A DNA stretch of 64,000 nt from the IMG/VR virus record IMGVR_UViG_3300020583_000016; one strand, given 5' to 3'. A model generated the notes under the pieces. It was not told where the DNA came from and ran no database searches. It saw only the letters and a program-made list of their open reading frames with translations. Origin of the DNA: an uncultured virus (IMG/VR IMGVR_UViG_3300020583_000016) (Duplodnaviria > Heunggongvirae > Uroviricota > Caudoviricetes). This document shows, in pieces, positions 56,403 through 64,000 of this stretch. The stretch's first letter is position 1; every line of letters starts with the position of its first letter. A program made the translations under genes and the position numbers.

Positions 56403-57359
56403 TTAGCGGCGCCCCATTGCGAGCAAGACAACCCCGCCGATCAAAAGCCACGGCAACCACGAACCGGTTGTAGTGAGTCCGAGTTGGCTGGAATAGCCCG
56501 CGGTCGGAAGTCCGTAACCTGGGGTGAGCGGCGTCGCAAAGCTCGCGTACGGTCCGGTTGCAACTACACCGGTCGGAGTTTGGATTTTCGTCGGCTGTCC
56601 CGAGGCCGCGGCGATCAGTGCCGGTGTTTCCTGAATGGTCGAGGAAACCAGCGAACTCCAATCAACCCCGTCATCCTGTCCAAGTCCGTAATGCGGCACC
56701 GTGGCGACGCCGGCGAGCCCGCGCAAACCGACTTTGCCGACCGTTGAAGGACTCGAGCAACCGCACCGACCGCCACAACCGCAACCGCTGAGGTCCTGAG
56801 AACTCGAGTCGGTGAGGGACCACACTCTTTTTCGGTAGTAGATCGGGGGTTCTACACCGAACTGCGCATCGACGCGCGCGGCATCCATCGGAATCCACTG
56901 GCCGGAACCTGGCGGAACTTCTGCCTCGAGGTAAACGTGAGAAAACTCGTTGGGCTGGTTCGCGTCGGCTGCAATCGTCGCGAGGCGCGCCGGGTAACCA
57001 AGCGCAATCATCAGCGCACCGAGCAGCATCGAGATGTCGTCGCAATCGCCGGCGCGGATTTTAAGAAGTTCTTGTGGGGGATAAAGCTTTTCTTTTGTGA
57101 CCGGATCTTTGGTGTAGCGAATGTTGCGCTTTACCCACTCGTAAACCGCATTCGCTTCCCCGATGTCGTTGTAGGGCAGGACTCCGCGCACCAAGTCGAT
57201 CGCGAAACGAACGAACTGCGCATCGGATACCGCCTGGTCGACGAGTTTCCGCATGAGCGAGATGGTTTGTTTGGTGCCGGGCTCACCGGCAAGGAGTGGG
57301 GCGCGATACGCGAGGGCGGGATGCGAAACCGATGGTGAACCGAGAAAAATAGGGCTCAA
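56403..57359 (-). CDS. Transglutaminase-like cysteine protease with TM anchor
   Basis: GDCDD, SHVYLE, PMDA. Confidence 0.85.
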   Translation of the reverse strand: MSPIFLGSPSVSHPALAYRAPLLAGEPGTKQTISLMRKLVDQAVSDAQFVRFAIDLVRGVLPYNDIGEANAVYEWVKRNIRYTKDPVTKEKLYPPQELLKIRAGDCDDISMLLGALMIALGYPARLATIAADANQPNEFSHVYLEAEVPPGSGQWIPMDAARVDAQFGVEPPIYYRKRVWSLTDSSSQDLSGCGCGGRCGCSSPSTVGKVGLRGLAGVATVPHYGLGQDDGVDWSSLVSSTIQETPALIAAASGQPTKIQTPTGVVATGPYASFATPLTPGYGLPTAGYSSQLGLTTTGSWLPWLLIGGVVLLAMGRR

Positions 57360-57645
57360 CGATCACACTCGCAAGGGGGAAAGTTGCTTCGCGTGGCTGC
57401 ATGCCGAAATTTCTCAATTCCGGTGATTCGCACCACGCGAAGCGGGGAGTCAAGAAGTTGGATCTGCGAATCGTTGTCACCTTGCGGGATAGTTCCCTGC
57501 CAGGTCAACCGCGGGAGTGGTCCACCGAGTTCGCCACCGGTGTTCCACTCAGGTGCACCCGGCACCACTTTCGATTGCAACCCCTGTGGAAAACCTGTAT
57601 ACGTGGTTCGACGGCTGCCTTTGCGTGGGGTGCCGGTGCAGATTG

Positions 57646-58969
57646 CATGAAAACTGCCACCGATAATCCTGCTAATGGCCGTACCGTGGAAAAAACCACG
57701 GTGACCCGCGTCATTCCTACCGATTTCAATTCTGAAGATCGAAAGCTTCCGGATTTCTGGTCTTACATCGAAGGCCTGTCTACTGCCGATTGGGAACGGC
57801 ATCTGCTTTACGTCTACCGTCGGGTTTCTGACGCCGGGCAGATGGTGCCGCTCGAGAAATCGAGTGGTTACATCGTGATGGGGAACAATGTTCAAGTTTC
57901 GGTTGGCAACCGGGAAGAATTTGAATTCGCTCTGCAGCAGAAGTACGGCGGGGGCACCTATCGGCTGATTTTGAAGAAAGGTTCTGAACGGGTGGGCGAT
58001 CACCGGATCTCAATCGATGGTCCGCCGAAAGCGGTGCAACCGGGAATCCTGGTCGACAATGCGCCGAATGTGAATCCGGTCACGCACTCATCGAACGACG
58101 TCGCGACAACCGCGATGAACCTGGTTGCGAACAAAGAAGCCGAAGCGGTGAACGTGGCAATCAATGCGCTCCGCGGCGCGTCTGAAGTGGTGCAACGTTT
58201 CAGCAGTGGAAATGCTGGTGGGGATGATGTCACCCGGGAATTTATGCGGGTGATGATCGCGCGCGCCATGAATCCGCCGGATCCGATGGACTCGATCGCG
58301 AAAATGCTCGGCATCTTTCAAACCCTGATGGGTGCCTTGAACCCGGGCGCTGCACAGAACCCGGTGATTCAACGGATCATGGATAGTGCGCTCGATCGGC
58401 TCATGAATCCGGTTTCCTCTGGCGGATCGACGTCGACCACCACCGCACTCGTGCAAACTCTGCCGGCGATCGCGAGTCACGTGAAAGAAGCGCTCACCGA
58501 GTGGCGGGTGGGGATGGAAGTTCAGCGCGACGTGATCATGCGATCACAACCGCAACAGTTGCCCGCGGGTTCGCCGCCTGGCGCGCCGTCACCGACCGTT
58601 CTACAACCGCCGGCGCCGGCCGCGGCGAAAGCTCCGGAGGGGCAGCAAGCTATGACGGTGGGTCCACCGCTTGAATTCATTGAAACCAAAATTGTCGAGA
58701 TCCTGGGCGAAACCCTGGGCGAACCGAACGGCGCGGACATTGCCGGCGAAGAAGTTTTTATGTTCCTCGATCGCATGGATCCGCGGATTACCGCTCACTT
58801 GATCGGACTCGGGGAAGCAGGACTGTTTGAACTCTTCCAAACCCGGCCGATCCTGAAGCGAGCAACGACGAATCCGCCGCGGCTGCAGGAATTCATTCGC
58901 GCGTTTTTGAAGTACTCGAAACCCGAACCGCCAGCCGGAAACGGCGCGGTGACAGTGAAACCGAATTAA
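57646..58969 (+). CDS. Large helical hypothetical protein
   Basis: Homologue of 23379..24730. Confidence 0.8.
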
Positions 58970-59078
58970 AAGCGGTCGAATCCCTGTTGCGGAAAGGAGC
59001 GTGCGGAGAATTGCCAGAGCCGGAACCCGGCGGTTCTCGGGAGAGTGGCCGCCGGCTTCTGAATTCGACGCATCGACG

Positions 59079-59285
59079 ATGACGGTTACCGAAACGTTTG
59101 CGGATAAGACACTCACGTGCGCCGGCTGTCGCAAGGAATTCATTTGGACGGCACGTGAACAGCAATTTTATGCAGAGAAGGGTTTCACCAACGAACCCAA
59201 GCGTTGTCGAGACTGCCGACGAACGAAAAAGATTGCCGGCGGTGCTCGCAACGGAAACGGCGCTCGCGCATCCCGCGGCCGGTGA
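59079..59285 (+). CDS. Zinc-ribbon protein (zf-trcl-like)
   Basis: DKTLTCAGC..EFIWTAREQQFYAEKGFTNEPKRC. Confidence 0.85.
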   Translation: MTVTETFADKTLTCAGCRKEFIWTAREQQFYAEKGFTNEPKRCRDCRRTKKIAGGARNGNGARASRGR

Positions 59286-59528
59286 GTGTGCGTGTGCTCG
59301 CATTCGCCTGGCGTCTCAGGTGCTTCGCGAACTGCTGCTGAAAGATGAACTAGCGTTCGGCAAAACCCTTGTGATCGGTGTCGTATCAAGCCGGCTGGAT
59401 GAGATTCAGGGCGAGCTCGAGCAGTTAGCCGGCATGCAACGGTTGTTTGAAACCTGGGTTGAGGGGTGAGCAGGTTCTTTCAGGCGATCCACAATTTTCT
59501 CGATCGCAACTATCCGAAAAGAGGTTCT

Positions 59529-59945
59529 ATGACGTTTCTTAAAAAACTCGGTTCCGCACTCGCGCAAGGCATCGCGCTCGCAACCGGTATGTGGCCGCTG
59601 GTTTCAAAGTTCTTCGGCGCCGGCGTCGCGGCATCGCAAACCGCGAATACGGTGGTGAACGATCTCACCGCGATCGGGCAAGTGGTGGTACAGGCCGAAG
59701 CAATGTTTCAGGGCACCGGCACCGGCGCGACGAAACTCGCCGCGGCTGCGCCGCTCGTTGCCAACGTGATCAAAACTTCTGAACTCGTTTCCGGTCACAA
59801 GATCGCAAACGAGACTCTATTCACACAAGCATGCCAGGAGATCACGTCCTCGGTTGCGGATCTTTTGAACTCGCTTGACTCGACCTCTGTGCAAACCAGC
59901 GGGAAACCGTTGCCGGTTGCGCCGGCTGCTCCGACACAAGCGTAA
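59529..59945 (+). CDS. Ala-rich amphipathic protein
   Basis: Homologue of 25287..25736. Confidence 0.75.
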   Translation: MTFLKKLGSALAQGIALATGMWPLVSKFFGAGVAASQTANTVVNDLTAIGQVVVQAEAMFQGTGTGATKLAAAAPLVANVIKTSELVSGHKIANETLFTQACQEITSSVADLLNSLDSTSVQTSGKPLPVAPAAPTQA

Positions 59946-60316
59946 GCGTATGGCAAACGTCGAACCACTCAGTTCGGAAACTCTGGCGGATCTGAAACGC
60001 TACGTCCTTCAGACCAAGGGTGTTCTAGGTGCCATGCACCTTGAAACCATCGAATCGAAATGCCCGTGCGAAATCTGCGCGTGCATCCGGATTGCGATCT
60101 CGAATGAAAACGCGCCACACGCATGAAGTTCTACCACGTCTTACACGGTGAGGTTGACGTCGATCGGGTTGTGTTCGATCCGTATCCGCTCGCGGATCGC
60201 GAGTGTATGAACTGCAAAAGCAAACGGTTTTTCAGAGTGGAAGTTTTGTCCGAGGATGATCGAGTGCAGAGATGGAGTGCGATGTGTGAAGGCTGTAAAC
60301 GGATCGTGGAACTGCA

Positions 60317-60739
60317 ATGACACTGCTAGAAGCTCTGGCCGATTCGATCCAACGTTTCGAGGGTTGGATTCCGCCCGGCATGGATCCGAAGCTTCCCTTT
60401 GGTTCAACGTCCTGGCGAAACAGGAACCCGGGGAATCTGCGGCCGATACCGGGTTTGATCGTTGCCACCGATTCCCGCGGCTATCGGGTGTTCCCTTCCC
60501 TGGCCGATGGTTGGACCGCACTCACTAACGACATCAAAGCGAAGTTTGCCGGCTCGCACAATCTCACCGATGATTCGACCCTGCGCAATTTTTTCGATAT
60601 CTACGCGCCGTCCGATGATGACAACGATCCGAACAAGTACGCGCGCCAGGTCGCGACGTGGCTCTCTCGAGATCTCGCGATAATCATCGCGCCGGAAACC
60701 ACACTCGGGTACCTGAAGCAAGTCGGGGGCTGGCGGTGA
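60317..60739 (+). CDS. Soluble NPGN lysozyme-like protein
   Basis: Homologue of 26470..26892. Confidence 0.65.
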   Translation: MTLLEALADSIQRFEGWIPPGMDPKLPFGSTSWRNRNPGNLRPIPGLIVATDSRGYRVFPSLADGWTALTNDIKAKFAGSHNLTDDSTLRNFFDIYAPSDDDNDPNKYARQVATWLSRDLAIIIAPETTLGYLKQVGGWR

Positions 60740-60806
60740 AAGCTCGATGGTTCTGTATCGGTCTGTCGGTGGGGATGGGCCTTTGCGCGCTGATTCACCT
60801 GGCGAT

Positions 60807-61451
60807 CTACTGATGAGTTTCACTCAGGAGCAAGCGCCGCATGTTCGTTATCCGGTTCGGTGTGATCGGGTGATCAATCCCTAGCTGCCGAAACAAACCC
60901 GTGAGTCCAGTCGAAGTGTCCCCGGAATACATTTCCAGTCGACCGAAAGCGCCGGCCGCGGCGTAGGGGGAATAGCCGGCGAGAATCAGATGCCTAAAAC
61001 CGATCTCATCGGCGCGCATCTCGCAAGCTACCTGATCTTGTCGGTTGTGCTGGCCGAAACATACGGAATCGATTGTGTGACCGAGTTCGTGCGCAACGAT
61101 GAATGCAATTTCGTCCTCGTTGCCCATGAAATCCACCATCGCGGATGGAATGCAGACAATCGATAGTTGCGCGCTGGTGTGCGCGTTCGCGTTGATCTCT
61201 GATTTCGAGACAAGCGCAATAATCACTCGGGGTTCATGTTCTCGCATGGGAAGTAAGTTCTGACTCGCGCGGGCGAAGGCTGCAATCGAGGGGCGCGCCG
61301 GGTCGGGTGGATCTGCGAGGATTCCTCTCGGTTGTTGGTCGAAACTCGCAATCGTTCCTAGAACGGGGGCACCACAGACGGTCGAAATTTGATTAGCGGT
61401 TTGTGCTGCCAGGGGAACGGTGAGAGTGAGAACGAGCAGAAGTGACTTCAT
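60807..61451 (-). CDS. M48-family metallopeptidase with signal peptide
   Basis: IVAHELGH, EMRADEIG. Confidence 0.9.
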   Translation of the reverse strand: MKSLLLVLTLTVPLAAQTANQISTVCGAPVLGTIASFDQQPRGILADPPDPARPSIAAFARASQNLLPMREHEPRVIIALVSKSEINANAHTSAQLSIVCIPSAMVDFMGNEDEIAFIVAHELGHTIDSVCFGQHNRQDQVACEMRADEIGFRHLILAGYSPYAAAGAFGRLEMYSGDTSTGLTGLFRQLGIDHPITPNRITNMRRLLLSETHQ

Positions 61452-61652
61452 GGCGTGAAGATTTTAGGCGGGGAACGCGATCGCGACAAGCGCAAGCGTA
61501 ACCAGCACCTTCGTAACCGACCACCGCACCATGCCTGTGAATCTAAGGAATGTTTGTGGAAAAACAGGACATGTACCTTCGTAACTTGTTGAGAGGGAAA
61601 GCGTGTGCGGTTTCACTTGCATTGCGCATTAATTAGCATTACGCTGCAATGC

Positions 61653-61811
61653 ATGAAAGACAAACTTGGGAATCAGTCCTGCATCCGATGGACCGTTGCC
61701 GACCGCAGGTTGATCCTCAGCCTGCAACGAAAAAGCGGCATTCTGTCCGTGTCGGATCTCATCCGGCAAGCGCTTCGAGCTCTGGCCGACAAACAAGGTT
61801 TAACCGCCTAA
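61653..61811 (+). CDS. RHH-type regulator (divergent allele)
   Basis: CIRW...VSDLIRQALRALA; preceded by TTGCAT-N17-TACGCT. Confidence 0.65.
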   Translation: MKDKLGNQSCIRWTVADRRLILSLQRKSGILSVSDLIRQALRALADKQGLTA

Positions 61812-62293
61812 CTGCACAATGAACTGCGACACAAAAGCCCGCGAATTACTGCAAGGTCCGATAATTCCCATACTTGGTATTACGTTAAGTTCCCTTCGTC
61901 CGTCTCGCCACTCCTACAACTTTCCTTCCCAGAAAGCTCGCGCCATGGGCTCCGAGAATCGTTCGGAAACCGTAACGAAACTCGATTCTCTGATCATCAC
62001 TCCCACACCTGAGCAGAATGCCGCGCTGAAAGTCGTGCGCGCAAGATTAAGACTGCTCCGGTTGGTCGTCGAAAGAGTTCCGCATCACTTCGTTCCCTTT
62101 AAAACCGAACCATTCTACAAGCTGACCTACTACACCGAGAAACTGGAGTGCGGACACACCACACTCTATTTCCCGCAATGCGGGCTGCCCACGAAGCGCC
62201 GCAACTGTCCCACGTGTGCGCTGAAGGCCAGCTTGCCAGCAAAAAAGCCTAGCGGTTCGGTTCACTCTGCCACGGAAACGGAGGTGATCACTC

Positions 62294-62467
62294 GTGAGCG
62301 TCGATTGGGGTAATCCCCTAGAGCACACCGAAGCTTTCAAACGTGCGTGGAGTGAGTATCAGGAAGCGAATCCGGAAGATCTGCGGCCGTTCTATGAACT
62401 CGATTCTGTACCGCGCACGGCAGTACTCGCGCGACAGCTCGAGATTTATCGCGAACTGGTTTCCTAA
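62294..62467 (+). CDS. 57 aa conserved protein
   Basis: Homologue of 28679..28852. Confidence 0.75.
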   Translation: MSVDWGNPLEHTEAFKRAWSEYQEANPEDLRPFYELDSVPRTAVLARQLEIYRELVS

Positions 62468-62857
62468 CGGGGCCTGGGCTTCATCGTTGTTCAATCCAAA
62501 AAGAAAGGCAAACGTTTCAGTATGGATCACTCAGAACCGACTCGAATCCCCGCCGGGCTGGTTGGGGTTTCGAGTCGGGACTGAGGTTCGTCCTGGCGCG
62601 ACTTTGCGTGGTTCTACTCATTCTCCCATGACAGCACAAGAAATTCGCGATCAGTTCGAACGGTGGGAAAAACCGTTTATGGAAGCACTCGGGTCTAGCG
62701 ATCTTGAAAAGGCGAAAGGCGCTTTGGTGTCGGTCGATGTTATTCAGGCGTACGCGCTCACGGAGATCGCAGCACAGTTAGCCGAACTGAATGAAAAATG
62801 GGATCAGACAACGTCCACTCGTACGACTTCAGCAACCCGGCATATTTCGGTGCTGGA

Positions 62858-63220
62858 ATGACCACCTACATCGGCATGCGGCACGACGGGCACGCGATCG
62901 TGAGTGTGGTCGATGACCGCACCCGCTGTGCTTCCATGCTCGATCCTGGGTATCGGCACGTCACCAAGTCACCCAACGGTTTTGATTGGGGATACACCGG
63001 CGCCGCTCCGTCGCAACTCGCCTTCGCGATTCTTTTAGACCACTACGGTGCACCCGGGCCGGCGTTGCTGTTCTATCAGGATTTCAAGGAATCGGTAGTC
63101 GCGTTGTGGAATGCCGACCGGTGGGAACTCACCACCGTGGAAATCGAATCGGCACTCGAAAAAATCCGCATCCTGCGCTCACGCGCCACGAAGGAACTTG
63201 CATGGAAACAATCCACCTAG
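62858..63220 (+). CDS. DUF6166-like protein
   Basis: Homologue of 29184..29546. Confidence 0.75.
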   Translation: MTTYIGMRHDGHAIVSVVDDRTRCASMLDPGYRHVTKSPNGFDWGYTGAAPSQLAFAILLDHYGAPGPALLFYQDFKESVVALWNADRWELTTVEIESALEKIRILRSRATKELAWKQST

Positions 63221-63651
63221 AGTTAAACGCGGACGAAGCGGGAATCCTGATCTATGCCCTGGGAAGCTGTACGAAGATTCCCGAGGCCTGGCCGTTAGCA
63301 CAACGGGTGCTGAATCTCGTCTCACACCCGAACCTGCTGCCAACGGGCGCCGCATCCGTACCGCCGCCGGCTGTGGGGGGATCCACACCGGCCGCGGTTG
63401 CGGCGCCAGCAGAAGCGAAGAACGGCACGGGCGAGCTCGCGATTACTCCCATCGAGGTCGAGCAATCGGCCGACGGCAAAGCGATGGTGGTTACCTACCT
63501 GATCCGGAGTGGCAGTGTCACGAAAAAGAAAACGGTTCGCTCCTGGGATCCAACGTTGTTCTCTTCCCTGCTCGCAAGCAAAGGTGTCGCGACAACGTTT
63601 GTGGTCAAAGAGTCGAAAGGCTTTCTGAACATCGTGGGGGTGAAACGGTGA
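63202..63651 (+). CDS. Hypothetical protein
   Basis: Homologue of 29528..29974. Confidence 0.7.
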   Translation: METIHLELNADEAGILIYALGSCTKIPEAWPLAQRVLNLVSHPNLLPTGAASVPPPAVGGSTPAAVAAPAEAKNGTGELAITPIEVEQSADGKAMVVTYLIRSGSVTKKKTVRSWDPTLFSSLLASKGVATTFVVKESKGFLNIVGVKR

Positions 63652-64000
63652 ACCTGTTTCAACGTTGGCGACGATGGCAAATCGTGCTGTTCTCCGGAAG
63701 CTTCTCGATGCTGTTTACTGCCGCATGTCTCTATCCGATGACTCGGTTTGATCGCGATGGGGGAAGGTGGCAGTTAGTCGAAATCGGGGTTGGTTTGATT
63801 CTGATGGGGGTTTCCTATCTCTGGCCGAAACGGGCGTGAGCGGGGATGACTTTCCGACTTTTCCAGTTGCTTACGCTTTTCACCGCGATTCGTCGCGAGG
63901 ATCCGGAACTCTGGGAAAGGATTCAAGCTTTCGCACGCAAATGGCTCAACACTTCACACGTAACACCGTAGCGGCACAAGCGTGGTGCCTGAAATGTAAC

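Larger units (their letters stand above)
32798..64000. mobile_element. Virus-like element, copy 2 (divergent, truncated by window end)
   Basis: Colinear homologues of nearly all copy 1 core genes; window ends in the homologue of ~30390. Confidence 0.85.

Noticed and set aside
1..64000. CRISPR array, tRNA or rRNA
   Set aside because: No regularly spaced repeat-spacer pattern, cloverleaf or rRNA-like segment was seen.

Overview
The window holds two head-to-tail, colinear but clearly divergent copies of a ~33-34 kb virus-like element. Position 1 recurs at 32798, and the second copy runs off the window end. No host housekeeping genes, rRNA, tRNA or CRISPR array were recognised. Each unit has four parts. 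(i) A + strand arm with a swappable DNA-modification slot (Dam-like MTase in copy 1; DPPY MTase plus Mom-like protein in copy 2), a small serine resolvase, a conserved res-like island and a HerA/FtsK-type ATPase. (ii) A ~19 kb - strand morphogenesis operon: a transglutaminase-like Cys protease, a series of C-terminally membrane-anchored proteins, basic core-like proteins, four consecutive predicted single-jelly-roll-like proteins (one a likely major capsid protein), a membrane-anchored NNPGN muralytic-like protein, and large spike/fibre proteins with Sec signal peptides. (iii) A + strand block with a zinc ribbon, a second NPGN enzyme and an opposing M48 peptidase. (iv) An early-type block with an RHH regulator, DUF6166 and RusA. 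No terminase, portal, HK97 capsid, tail, DNA polymerase or Rep gene was recognised. The best reading is a tailless, membrane-containing temperate virus lineage present as a tandem heterologous array or cointegrate, with an apparent motif-directed (GLG / basic-NP) proteolytic maturation system. All family assignments come from motif recognition by eye; no database search was run. Several start codons were re-placed using copy-to-copy comparison.
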